DNA of 64,000 bases from Albugo candida (lineage: Eukaryota): contig JBDOQK010000027.1 of assembly GCA_040437565.1 (NCBI GenBank), forward strand, positions 248,001-312,000. Reading direction: 5' to 3'. The position numbers and the translations under genes are program-made. Below the pieces are notes generated by a model. It was not told the DNA's origin. It searched no databases and worked only from the letters and a program-made list of their open reading frames with translations. Below, piece after piece: positions 1 through 12,700 of this stretch; position 1 is the first letter of the stretch, and each line of letters begins with the position of its first letter.

Positions 1-1705
1 AATGTATGCCGCGTATTGAATTGCGTCTTCCCAAAATTGGAATGGCAATCCACACGCAAAAATTTTGCACCTGGCCATTATAATAACGGTTCGATGCATT
101 CTTTCAGACTTTCCGTTGCTTGCCTGATTCCTCGCCTTGCTGCGTTGCCTGGCCACACTGCAGAACAAATCAACGTTCTCATATTCTCCACCCGAATCGG
201 TTCGTAAAACATGAATTTTACAATCGAATCGTTTCTCAAAATAAACCAAAAAAATCAAAAAAAAATTCGCTGCGGCATCTTTTGTCTTGGCTAAGAAAAC
301 CTGGACGCAATTACTTTTGTAATCCACAAAAATTACCATGTACAGGTTTCCAAGTCGATCTCTCGGTGTAAGTGGGCCCTTTAAGTCAGAGCAACGACTC
401 CATCAATGCTTTCAATTGGAGAGCGCTCACTGAATCAACTTTGGCCTGTCGATTTCTGCTCTGCTTTCCTTGAGCACAGGTCAAACAGTTTTCACGACTG
501 TGATCCGTAAGCATGATTCCAGACGCAGAGTCCTTGGTTAATCGTTCGATAGCATCGTAATTAAGGTGTCCCAATCTTCTGTGAAACTCCATTAGTGATC
601 CCTTTTGAACTGCACTCGAAAAATTATTTGGATATTCGAAATTTCCATCAACGGTCGCCAAAATGACGTCACGAACTTGAGAAACTTTTCGGTGAATTTT
701 GGCCTTCACAACGAGTACATTTTTCATCAGGTCGACATCAAAAGCAACATTTTTGCCATCAGTGCTTGCGAGGACACATTTTCCGGAATGTTTCATTCAC
801 GAGTACCCTTTCTCGTCTAAAATTCCATACATGATAAAATTTTGCGTTGAGCCTTTGGCGTAATCAACGTTCGTGAGCTTCACAATCTTCTGTTCTCCCA
901 ACGCCATCACAGCCAGCATCACAGATCCTTTTTTGCTGATTTGTAAAGGCTTTCCATCTGACTGAACGCAAGTGCCGTCAGCATCTTCCAAGTCGTCTAG
1001 CCATGTTTTATCTCCAATCAGGTGTAGGCGACTAGAACCACTGTCTAAAATCCAGATTTGCTCATCACAGCTCGTACGTCCGGAATAGCCAGAGTGAGGT
1101 CCGCTTCATCCTTTTCTCGTTGATACGCTTTTGGACATTTAGCTTTCAAGTGACCCATTTCTCCGCAGATATGACATCGTCTCGTATCTTGAAACCGACG
1201 GTCTTGAATTGCGCTAACAACTTCCCTTCCCGTTCGTTTATTAACTACGCCTGACTCCCACGCTTGAGCAAAGTGTGTCAGCTCTTCCGCTTGCTGAATG
1301 TAGTCTGTTCTGCGATCATCCACCTTCGCCATTAACACGATTCTCATCTCTTGAGAAGCATATTGAACNNNNNNNNNNNNNNNNNNNNNNNNNNNNNNNN
1401 NNNNNNNNNNNNNNNNNNNNNNNNNNNNNNNNNNNNNNNNNNNNNNNNNNNNNNNNNNNNNNNNNNNNATTCTTCTAGACGATCCAAACGACCAACCAGC
1501 CCACGCATGAGCTGCAACAATTCGTCTTTGTCTTGTTTATCACCCCTATTCCTCTCCTGAAGTGTTTGGTTTGTACGCCAACATCCACCGCCGTGCTTTT
1601 TTCTTCTAGTACGTCTACTACCCTGGCTCTCTCGTGGCCAGGAGTAGTCACTGGTGACGAGGCATTATTCTCGTCAACCTCATAGCCATGAACAAAGTCC
1701 GCCAT

Positions 1706-1718
1706 GGGGCTCATAACC
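1706..1718 (-). promoter_or_regulatory. Copia-type primer binding site
   Basis: Minus strand reads ...TTAACA|GGTTATGAGCCCC, resembling the GGTTATGGGCCC PBS of copia elements primed by an internal tRNA-iMet fragment. Confidence 0.6.
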
Positions 1719-1925
1719 TGTTAAACCCTGGTGCTGTTATGATAGACACGACACAGGAGAGCGAACTAGAACACGCTCTTTAGTTTCCAATCGAAAAGTG
1801 GTATTGATTTATCACTATTCTTCAGCTAAATACGAAACGCCTCGCTACAATACAAAAATGTTATGTAGTCCACGCATTTCCACATAGCTTCGTCATCATT
1901 TCTTCAACATATTCTACTTTCAACA
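1719..1925 (-). repeat. Putative 5' LTR of the copia element
   Basis: TGTT at 1719 abuts the PBS-like sequence. Candidate opposite ends (AACA) lie at ~1909 and ~1925. The second LTR is outside the window, so the boundary is unconfirmed. Confidence 0.45.
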
Positions 1926-2321
1926 TATCGAGTATTCAATTTGCCACTTGCTGAGTACTACGCATCTTCTAATAGAATGTAGCCTTCGAAATCGCTGAAG
2001 GCGCTCTTTATCCGAGCAAGTGCATCTTAAAGATTGAAGGAATTCATCTCTCTATCGGAACTACACTACACTAAATATCATATATAAGCGACATATTAGT
2101 ATGTAAAGGTTATAAAAACTAGGCTCGGTCCAAGCACCACACGTGTCGTGCGGTCGCTTTGTTTTTCTTTAACGCACACACGTTTTATTTTCTTCTCTTT
2201 CGGTTCTTGTCGTCGAATCAGTTCGACCATTGCTGCACTTGAAGATACCTCGATAACGTGTTAGCCTCTCCAGAATATCTACACATCTCAGCTTGTTGAT
2301 TGATTACCATATCTTATCACC

Positions 2322-3941
2322 ATGAGCGCTCCTTCCAGCCCACAAAAAGAGACGGAAGTCGCCGATTTAACTGAGACGCCCGTCATCAATGCATCCACTG
2401 TCATTGAAAAGCTGCTTAAACCCGATAAAGCTGAACACGATGCGCAAATCGCCGCACTAAATGCTGATATCAAGAATTTACGAGATCGAACTGTACGTTA
2501 CCGCATATTACAATTTGCACTCCGATGTATTCAATTACTCAATTCATAGACCGCTATCCGAGCTGTATTGGATGGAATTCAAAATGGACGCACGGGTTAT
2601 GGCGATCAAATCCAAGCGGCAAAGAACAAGTACGCGGAACTACGTGCGGAGAAAGACAAATTGCTGTTAGAACGCAATGAGCTCAACGCCAAATCACGGC
2701 AAGCGCACGATAAGAAAGACAAATTGGTCTCATCGCAACGCTCATTGCGATCCAATTTGAAATTCACTACGAGAGAAGAGATCGATGAGGAGATCTCTAG
2801 ACTTCGTCATCAGCAGGAGACACGGTCCATGACGCTTATGGAAGAGAAAAGGCTCATCAAAGAGATCGAAGCCCTACAGCAGTCAAAAGATCATGCTCAC
2901 AAATACTCACAGGAGCGTGATACTATCGAAAGACAGAATGGCCTTTTGAAGGATTTCAAAGCAGAGCTTACAGCAAAGAACAAAGAGATTGATGGAGTTC
3001 AAGAGAAAATGAATGGATCAAAGGAGGAGTTAGATAAATTGTACGCATTGAATGCCGCTGAACAACAGCAAGGAAAATACAGTGAGCTCATGAATGAGCG
3101 TAAAGAAATATGGGCTGAATTGGATGCAAAATATCAAACTATTAGAGAGCTCAGAGACGCTTTCAAGGAAGCGAACGACAAGTATTACGAGAATGTTCGA
3201 GCTATTCGTGAAAAGAAACGGCTTGCACGTCAAGAAGAGGAAGATCGCCAAAAGCAAGAGTACGAAGTCAAACTCGCCGAATACGAAAAAGAAGTTGCAA
3301 AGTTACATCCATTTCAGAATCAACTGGACATTTGTGACGCTCTGGTCACATACTTTGAGAAGAATTTCTCAAAAGATTTGAACAACGGCGAAACGAATTC
3401 TGACGACTCGAATTCGAATCCATTGCCGGAATTAGACGGAATGAAGCCTCTGCAACGCAAAACGGAAGATTACATGGCTCCTACTCGCGACGATGGAAGA
3501 AAGAAAGGAAAGCGGGGCGGTGGGAAGAAGGGCAAAAAAGACCAAAAAATGTCACTTCCAATCGTTCAGTTGGAATCACTCGGCACCATTGGCTTACTAC
3601 CGCCATCAAAAGTATCTGCCGTTCAGGCTACCATCGATGCAATCAAAGAAAAGAAAGAGTGGTATCAAAAGCAAACTTTAAAAGATTCGGATCCCACCAC
3701 CAGCGATGAAGCAGCAAAGATCACGAAAACTCCCTCAGCAGAGAGCAGCGTGGTGTCAAGAAAGCAAAATCGACGTGAATTCAAATCGAGTGACGAGCGC
3801 GCATTTCCGACTCTCGGAGCTTCAGCCGGAGACACAGGAGACAGCTCATCATGGGGACCATCAGCATCAGTGGAATCTCCAGATGCCATCGCTTCTCTAT
3901 CTCCAACCACTGAAGTTGTTATCGCCGATTTGGAAGCTTAG
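2322..3941 (+). CDS. Coiled-coil protein, BFR1 / proton-pump-interactor-like (2 exons)
   Basis: GT-AG intron 2493-2549 joins ORF 2322 in frame to ORF 2568-3941. Long E/K/R heptads, motif [20 protein letters not shown] and a Lys-rich patch. Confidence 0.7.
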
Positions 3942-4067
3942 TGTTAAGAAACGTATTGCTTTCTCGCATAGAAAATAAGCACAAAATGATTTTCTTCGAG
4001 TCGAATCTCGATTGGCTTAAATTTTGTATTGAAGTCGGAAAATTCATATCGTTGCCATTTCGAATAA

Positions 4068-6044
4068 ATGTCAGAGCAAAAGCGCGTGTTCATTCCGACC
4101 AATTCGTTGGTGTCACCAATGCTGACCGATCTGTACCAGATCACAATGTACGTCTGCTCACTCTCATTGATCTCTCCACGCTGCTAAAAGCTCGTAATCG
4201 GCTGTATTACAGGGTGTATGCGTATTGGAAAGAAAAGCGTCATAATGATATCGCTGTATTCGATCTATTTTTCCGCAAAAATCCATTTAACGGAGAATAC
4301 ACCGTCTTCGCTGGCTTGGAGGAGGTATCATGCGCGAATAGATACGTACAAAATGGCGAAATCACTTTTGTGTCTTAGGCGCTCGCGCTTATTGAGAATT
4401 TCAAATTCTCAGAAAGCGACATTGCATACTTGCAAGGATTATTTCCACGGATAGAGATTGAGTTTTTCGACTGGTTGGCGACGCTCGATTGCTCAGGAAT
4501 CAAAGTTTGCGCTGTGAAGGTACTTTTCTATCAATGGCTTGATGGTTGTTCATTTACATTGTTGAGTAGGAAGGAACGATTGTGTTCCCACGTGTGCCTG
4601 TGATTCGGGTTGAAGGAGATCTGGCTGTTGGACAACTGTTGGAGACGCCGCTGCTTAATTTACTGAATTACGCAAGTCTTGTGACAACTAATGCAACCCG
4701 ATTTCTCAAAGCGGCAGGACCGAATGTAGAGCTGATCGAGTTTGGTTTGAGACGAGCACAAGGTCCAGACGGAGGGCTTAGTGCTTCGCGATATGCATAC
4801 ATGGCTGGATTTGCTGGAACAAGCAATGTTTTAGCTGGAAAGTTGCATAATATCCCAGTCAAAGGAACCAATGCCCATGCTTTTATTCAAGCGCATATGA
4901 GTTTAGATCAAGTGGAGGTGCTTCCATTGCAAGCACAAACGTTCAACGCTGAAAGTTTGTTCCGAGGTAGGAGGCAATGGTCGACGGGACGAAGATCACT
5001 GGAATAGTTTTGAAATACCGGCGCGAGCTGGAGTATATGAGGACGAACAATGTAAAGATCACTTCGACTTTATCGATTTGACTTGTTATTCCTGATTTTC
5101 CAGGGCGAGCTTGCAGCATTCATTTCCTATGCAGTAGCCTTTCCAAATGCATTTCTAACCTTAGTCGATACGTACGACACGATGGCGGTACGGCTTCAAG
5201 AAGAGAAGCGCCGAAAGATTGAGATCTGTTTTGTAGTCTGGCATTCCAAACTTCATTTGCGTGGCGCTGGCGCTGCATGAACTTGGGTACCAAGCCATAG
5301 GAATTCGTCTGGACAGTGGCGATCTATCATACCTTTCTCGATGGACTCGAGCCGAATTTGTTGCAATTGGTGACCGATACGACATCTCCTACTTCAAGCA
5401 TCTAAACATAACTGCCAGCAATGATATTAACGAAGCGGTCTTGAACTCTTTGAACGAGCAGGTATTTGAAGCCTGACCATCCGATTTCCTGGTACAAACT
5501 CTTGATGTAGGGCCATGAGATCAATACATATGGCATCGGCACGCATCTAGTAACGTGTCAGGCTCAGCCAGCACTCGGGATGGTGTACAAACTGGTCGAA
5601 ATCAATGGCTCTGCTAGAATCAAACTATCCGAAGATGTAGCGAAAGTGACGATTCCCGGAGCTAAAACGGCTTTCCGCCTTCTAGGAGCAAACGGAAAAC
5701 CAATCTTGGATGTTATGGTCGGTTCCAAAGAACCTTCACCCACAGCTGGTAGAAGAATGCTATGTCGCCATCCCTTCGATGAACTCCGTCGCGCTTATGT
5801 GACACCTTCAAAGACGATTCTTCTGCATGAACTTGTTTGGGACGGAGTGAATGGAGGACTCATTGCTGACTTGCCGACGTTACAGCAGCGAAGAGAGTAC
5901 GTTTGGCAGCAATTTCAGCTGATTCGAGAAGATGTGGTGCGATCGTTAAATCCGACGCCATACAAAGTGTCTGTATCGAGTGATTTGTACGATTTTATTC
6001 ATGATATGTGGCTCCATGAGTATCCGGTCCATGACCTTCATTGA
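4068..6044 (+). CDS. NAPRT: Nicotinate phosphoribosyltransferase (multi-exon)
   Basis: Exons encode [92 protein letters not shown] and MVYKLVE, separated by short GT-AG introns. Confidence 0.95.
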
Positions 6045-7650
6045 TCAATCCATTATGTAATTTTTGGCACACTAGTAAGGAATGTTTGTTTCATCACACG
6101 ATCAAAGTCGACTTTGATCAACTACATGTAACATTTCTTCTACACAAACCAAAACCTTTATTTTTCTTCGCTGTGATCCAACGCGTTGTTGGGAACTTCA
6201 CCTGGAGTGCGTTCAATAGCGGCTCGATCCATGAATGCGGATCTCGTCAAACAGGTACAAACGACTGTGCATTATAACATTCTTTCTAGCGATTTTCAAC
6301 TGGTGTCTTGAACTCAACAAATTTGCTCTGGATAAGGTAAGCATGGACGACTCGAAAAACATTATAAAAGGTGTTCATGTATCTTGCACCGCCTCTTCTC
6401 AAAGGTCCTATTGAATCGCTACTACAAACTCTGCGATACATAAGACAGAATCTGTCTAAAAATTGACTCATATGGGACGTATGAAACAATTTCCAAAGGT
6501 GGTGCAAGATACATGCTTATCTATATTGATGTGAATGCAAACCTTTTCGCTCATTAGTGAGCTCACTTCCTTACATATCAGCCGGGTTTAGAATTTCGCA
6601 CTATATCGACTTTTGTTGCACTTGGGCAATTATTCTTGTATTCAGGTTGATGCTGTAACGATTCACAGTTTTCGTTGCATCCATCCCCATGCTAGTGTTC
6701 GAGAGCGAAGCTGACTAAGGAAGTTTGATGAATGCGCGGGCAATGGAGTGAATCGCTCATGATTATCCGCCCATATATGCCGATCGTGTCGCATTGTGCT
6801 TCTTGAAATGTCTTAGCAAAAAGAACCGAGATAGCGAGCAGTTTTTGTTGCAAGCTATCTTGTGAATGAATAGCCTTTTTCTTCTTGAGCAAATGAGAGC
6901 AACCGAAGTCATTGGAGTCGGTCCAAACCCTGTAAAAGCCGCTCAGGATCGATCATTATGTGACTGAATGAGTATAAAAGACGTACGCGACAAAAGAAGA
7001 ATGAGGCTGAAAGAGATGCAAGCGTTTTATGGATACATATAGTCAAGGAATGCGCTGAATCATATGTCTTAAATGACCCTCATCGCTCAGACCTGGAAAT
7101 AGACAAGAAGTCTAGCTCTCATGCCAAAGAAATCGGATTCTGGTAGCCTGATGCTGTCAAAAGCGCTTGCATCGATAAAGTGTCTCCTGTCAGAACAGCG
7201 TCTGATGACATACATTTACCATAACACGATCAATATATTGAAACAGAGCCTTAAAACGTTAAAGGGTGTTCGCTTCCATCCACACGCTCGTTCGCATTTG
7301 ACATGCGAGTAGTCAGCTCTGCTTGACCCCAAACGTATCTCCAAACGCTTTCGGTCATTGATTCTATAGCAATCATACGATTGTATCGATCAAATTTAAT
7401 GCAAAGGTCATTTCACTCATTTGATAAGACATGCTGTATGCATCGCTGCGCTCAACCATGCAACTCGATTCTAAAAATCATCAATGAAGCCGGATCGAAA
7501 CCGTAGCTTCACCTTACCGTACCTATACATTTAAGTACGACCGTCTCGATAGGATCTGATTATAAAGAGAACCACAACGCGACATGTTTTGAAAGCTCCC
7601 TGAAGCGACATTTCCATTTATTTCACAGTCTCTCCGTCTAAGAAAAAAAA

Positions 7651-8643
7651 ATGCCACTTCCACATGACAAGCAGTCCATTTGTGTAATCGCTGGAGGCAC
7701 ACGCGAAGAGCTGTTTTCACGCGGTCTTCAAGATTCTCTAAATTTGAGATCAGCCTCAGCGCTCGTCGATCCCAAAAAGCATTCTCTGATTCTGAACATA
7801 CATGAAGAGTATCTTTTAGCCGGCGCATCTCATCTGATAACTTGTAACTACGATGTAGTTCCCGGAAGAGGTTTCACTTCGGAAGAAATCATTCAGTACA
7901 CTCGATTGGCGGGTCGACTGGCTCTAACTGCGCGAGAAAACGCGGAAAGCAATGATGCGAATTTTCCAGCTACGGTGTGTGGATCTCTCCCACCATTATA
8001 CCCGAGTTTCCGTTACGATCGGACTTTTGACGCAGAGGACCTCAAACGGAATTATCTGCTGATTGCAGAATCACTTTGGAGTTTTTGTGACGTTTATATC
8101 GCTGAAAGTATGTCTTCGATCGCAGAAGCAAAACTGGTGTTTGAAGCTGTGGAGCATTTGGGCAAGCCCATTATCATATCATTTGCTTTAAACACTCTGG
8201 GAGGCTTACGAAGTGGCCAAGATGTAATCCGAGCATACAGAGAAATGATTGCTTTTTTCAAAAGTCGACTGGAAATGGAACGTGAGACTCCACAGCCTGA
8301 GCTAGCAGCCATATTGTTTGATTCTTCACAGCCGGAGGACATTGCCAAAGCTATCAAACGACTCTCGAAAGAAGAATCTCTTCTTGTACAAATGCGTGAG
8401 CACGGCATTCAATGGGGTGGGTATGGTGACCATATTTCGCCTACGTCTCGAGCAGGTTTTCTGGAAGAAAGGATTGCACCGGGAGCACTCAATTCCAAGC
8501 TGGATGTCGAGATTTTCAACGGATTCATGCAAAAATGGAAGCTTTTGGGGGCCCATTATGTTGGCGGTTGTTGTGGAATCAGTCCCGAGTACATCCAAGT
8601 GATGCGTCAGAATTTGAATTCGCCCACATGTATTCGTCCGTAA
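7651..8643 (+). CDS. Homocysteine S-methyltransferase family protein, divergent paralogue
   Basis: Intronless 330 aa ORF with AGASHLITCNY, VCGSLPPL, IAESMSS and VGGCCGISPEYI. The first Zn-ligand motif reads FDSS rather than FNCC. Confidence 0.85.
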   Translation: MPLPHDKQSICVIAGGTREELFSRGLQDSLNLRSASALVDPKKHSLILNIHEEYLLAGASHLITCNYDVVPGRGFTSEEIIQYTRLAGRLALTARENAESNDANFPATVCGSLPPLYPSFRYDRTFDAEDLKRNYLLIAESLWSFCDVYIAESMSSIAEAKLVFEAVEHLGKPIIISFALNTLGGLRSGQDVIRAYREMIAFFKSRLEMERETPQPELAAILFDSSQPEDIAKAIKRLSKEESLLVQMREHGIQWGGYGDHISPTSRAGFLEERIAPGALNSKLDVEIFNGFMQKWKLLGAHYVGGCCGISPEYIQVMRQNLNSPTCIRP

Positions 8644-8786
8644 TCTGATTGGTCGTTATTCTATAATATATTTTATCACACCAATCAGTTTATTTGAACG
8701 AGGATTCTTACTCAATATTACCCAATCATATGTCTCTAATCGCTAAGCAAACTGGATGGCTGTCACGAAGTAAAGCTTTGTGCACT

Positions 8787-9734
8787 ATGCCTCTCGTAGA
8801 TCTCTTGGACGGAGGAACAGGAGAAGAGCTCATCCGAAGGAAAATGCACGATGATCGTCAAATTTGGTCAGCAGGTGCCCTCGTACGAGACCAGTATCAC
8901 ACGCTGTTGGTCGACGTTCATCATTCGTTCATGAAAGCAGGCTCCAAGTATATCACATGCAACAATTATGGCGTCACGCCGGGCGTAGGATTTTCAGAGT
9001 CTGAGGTCGTAAGGTACAGCATGCTTGCAGGTAAATTAGCCGATAAAGCTCGTGCTCAATTCTACTCGGAAAATGCCGAAAAACGTGACGAGATCATGAT
9101 TTGTGGTTCTTTACCGCCATTATTGGAAAGCTACCGTCCTGATAAAATCCTATCCTTCCAAGAAGGCTCAAAATGGTACTCTCTAATAGGAGGTGCACTC
9201 ATTCCTTACATTGATATATTTTTGGCTGAGACACTTTCGACCACAGAGGAAGCCAAACAAGTTATCTCAGCTGTTGACAAGTACCGGAAGCCTCTTATGG
9301 TATCGTTCACATTGAATGAAAGAGGTCAGCTGAGAAGTGAGGAAGACGTCGTGAGTGCGATAACAACCGTGTTAGAGTACTCTAAGAATCATTTGACTCT
9401 TCTCCAAGGGTTTTTGTTCAATTGTTGTTCGCCGGAAGCGATCTCACTAGCGCTAAATCAAATTCGTAGTTCGAAAAACGCTGTTAGGATGCTGTCTGAG
9501 CATCGAATTCGGCTAGGAGCGTATGCGAATCGTCTGACTCCGATTGCAAGCGATTGGGCTCTTGCTGAAGTCTCCACACCACAAGCATTCCGAGCCGACA
9601 TCAATATCGATACATATCGAGATTTTGCTAGAATATGGATCGAGATGGGAGCCACAATCATAGGCGGATGCTGCGGTATCGATCCAGAGTATATCGCCGC
9701 TATCCGAGGCGATCTGCTCAATTCCGAAGCCTGA
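8787..9734 (+). CDS. Homocysteine S-methyltransferase family protein
   Basis: LLDGGTGEEL, WSA, AGSKYITCNNY, GSLPPL, LAETLS, FLFNCC, GAYAN and IIGGCCGI, with all three Zn cysteines. Likely start ATG 8787. Confidence 0.92.
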   Translation: MPLVDLLDGGTGEELIRRKMHDDRQIWSAGALVRDQYHTLLVDVHHSFMKAGSKYITCNNYGVTPGVGFSESEVVRYSMLAGKLADKARAQFYSENAEKRDEIMICGSLPPLLESYRPDKILSFQEGSKWYSLIGGALIPYIDIFLAETLSTTEEAKQVISAVDKYRKPLMVSFTLNERGQLRSEEDVVSAITTVLEYSKNHLTLLQGFLFNCCSPEAISLALNQIRSSKNAVRMLSEHRIRLGAYANRLTPIASDWALAEVSTPQAFRADINIDTYRDFARIWIEMGATIIGGCCGIDPEYIAAIRGDLLNSEA

Positions 9735-9789
9735 TCGACTGATGGATACAAGTTGGTATCAAGCTCTATCAGACGTAAGCGGGCACAAG

Positions 9790-12700
9790 CTAGATCCACT
9801 GTTTCAAGCAGGCAATGATGTCAGCATTGCTTTCTCCCACTTGACTCGATATCGCCAATTTCATTGCTGCATCGAAGTCGATTGAGTAACACAAGCCTTC
9901 AAGTACATCACGATAAAATGTGAGAATGGCTGCACGAATTGCTCCATTTGCTTGGATTTGCTGTCGCATGTGTGCGTCCATTAAAGCTCCGAAATCGCTC
10001 GTACACGTTCCACCTCCATAACAAGCGAGCTGGAACGGGCGTAACTCAAAATGCGTCTTATTTGTGATGATATCTTTCAGCTCAGCAGGCTTTACAGAGA
10101 TCTCTTGGGGACAAACGAGGCTTGTGTACCCGACGTCCAAAATCGTATCGATCTCAATACGATTTCTTTCTTGTCGGGTTGCATTCTTCAATGAGTCGGA
10201 ATGTCTTCCGGGAACAATAGGATGACGTACGGCCTGTGTCAGCATAGCTTCCAACATGGTGGAAACCAAATTCGGGTCATTTGCCCAAAGCCCAAAAGAC
10301 GCGTAATGCAAAGCTGTGCTCCCATACACATCCTGAATATTCGGATTTACGCCCTGGAGCCTCAGCGATCGGATTGGACCCGGTACCATAGGCTCCATTG
10401 TATCGAGATCAGACATGATGCCGAGGAAGTAAAGTACGACATCCATATGGCCATACAGAAAGGCAAGATGAAGAGGAGTCTGTCCGATCGTGTTACAAGC
10501 GTTCACGTTGGCTCGATGTTCCTCAACGATCCTTTTTATCATTTGTAAGTCGATTTTGTCTGCTCTCGAGTCATATTTAAATGAAGAAAGAGTTCCCTGC
10601 ATATTCTGTGTCACATTTGCACATGAGAGAATGCTGTGGAGTAAAGACTGGCCCTCCCGGGTCGATATATTCACGTTCATTCCTCGAGATAAGCATCGAT
10701 CGAGGAGAGCCATTTCCCCCTTTGGGGATCCCACAAGCGCACACATCCACACAGTGAGTTCGGTCTCATCCGTTTTGACAGAGTCGACATCGGCCATTCG
10801 CAAGATATCCAGCGCTTGATCTTTGTCCGCCAAGAAGCATAACATTAGACTTGTGAGTCCATCAAGATTGCTGGTATCCACATCGACTCCAGCTTCGACC
10901 AATTTGGCCAAGATCTCAAAGTTCATTGAATCTGCGGCCATCAGAATGGGTGGATAACAATGATAGCCAAGCCGTGGAATGTCCCCTGATCGATTCAAGA
11001 GCTCTATCCAGATATCAGGAGTGGCTGCAGCGTTGAACTGACTTTCTTCTGAGCTGTCCTTCATGGCAATGCTTGACGCCAAAGAGGATTGACGCTGAAC
11101 GAAAGCAATGAATCGGAGGCAGAGAGCGCTCACACTAGATTGAAAGCTCTGAAGCGGTTGAGCATTCGCTGTGTCCGAGATGTTGATGATAGAAAGAAGC
11201 TTCAGCAGACCACCGCAATTCAAGCAAACCTGAATGAATTGATCCTGATTGAAGCTGTCAACGCCTTGCTCTGTTGCGTAGACACCACAGAGCACCGAAA
11301 GTATCTCAACAACAGGCTGAATCTCACTCAGACTGGTTTTTTCAGACTCTAAGAAACGGAGGAATGGTTTCAAAATGATAAAGTAAGGCGTATTGATGCT
11401 TTCTTCACTTGTGTGCGGCCGGGAATGCGTTTGGTCATTGCTCAGTATGGGCTCACTAACATATGAAATTCCATCTTTCGCGTGTGTTAGTAGAACTGTG
11501 ATGGCTCCAGGAATCAATACAATGCCTCTAATGAGATGCAAAAGCTCAACGATGGCGACAGAATAGCAGCGTGTCTGAACATCCTCAACCAACACACAAA
11601 GCAAGTTTATGAGCTTGAGTCCGTGCCCGACTAACGCAACAGCAGCAGCTTGGGCCTTGATTCCGGTGGATTCTGATGCGTGGTTGACGGGAGACAAGTC
11701 GGTCGCCAGTAATCGCTGACGTAAATCTGGCAGAGGAATCACTTCGAGGTCTTTACATTGGCCATCAACGTTATTCCACAGCAGAAAGGCTTCCAGCCAG
11801 CCAGACAAAGCTCTCACGCATTCGATTAGAGGAATCACATCGTCACTGTCATCTCTGTCTTCATAGTTCGACTCGATGTGCTCCGTGTCAGTATCCCACT
11901 TCAAATCGAACGCGCTCCAGGTCGATTTTTCAGTGAAATAGACTTCATGTGCTTGTGAGCTGATCATATCAAGCAGCTTTGAGATACATGGACAAGTGCT
12001 ATCGGAGGAAGCATCAAAAGCTGACTCGGAAACGCTATGGATGGAGCGTAAACAACGCATCAAATACGAGCTGAATAAGCTGAGTTGAGGCAGCTCCATT
12101 GGCAAGTGTCCCGCATGGTCTCCACGGATAAAGTATGCAGCAATGTGCTGGAAAACGGCGAGGAATGTCTGACAAGCTCGCTGTCCGAGTGCTTGTGCGT
12201 TGGCTCGACTTGTTACGACGATCGCAAGCCAACGAACGAGTCGGAATGCGATATCCCAACGCGTTAACAATTCGTCGACCGCATTGGAGTCGATTAATTT
12301 GACCAAATTGAAGAATTCGAGGACTATATCGGCTACATTGGATTGATCCTCCATCGAATTTTCCTCCAGGAAGATAAAGTCGCTGTCCGGTCCAATTTGA
12401 CTGCAAAAATACATCATCTTCTCGGCCCCCTGACACAAAGCAGGGACTCGTGTTTCAAAGCACTTGAAAAGCAGCGGCAAAGGCTTCAATCGCTTGAGTA
12501 CTGGCAAACAAATAGGTTTTCTTTCGATCGTTCGACCAAGACAACGGATGATTTCTATAGCGCTACAGATCGTATATTCATGGGCTTTTGTAGATCCGCT
12601 GTTTTCATTAGCGGGGTCCTGAGTCGAGTGTAGCTTTTTCAGCGCCCGAGCTAGAAAGCTTGTCAATAGTTCCATCAAACGCTCAGCTGAGCCCTGTTCT

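Larger units (their letters stand above)
1..1925 (-). mobile_element. Degenerate Ty1/copia LTR retrotransposon, 5' part (LTR, PBS, gag, protease, GAG-pre-integrase, integrase); runs off the window start
   Basis: Minus strand: zinc knuckle CHICGEMGHLKAKC (ORF 1045-1347); protease WILDSGSSRLHL (~1020-1054, frameshifted from gag); HRRLGHL...CLTCAQGKQ (ORF 386-796, after an in-frame TGA at 797-799); integrase ASNGKSERMHRTV and FWEDAIQYAAYI within 1-125. Protease followed directly by integrase is the copia domain order. Confidence 0.92.

Noticed and set aside
6045-7650. Short ORFs between NAPRT and the HMT genes
   Set aside because: No recognisable motifs or coherent exon chain; left unannotated.
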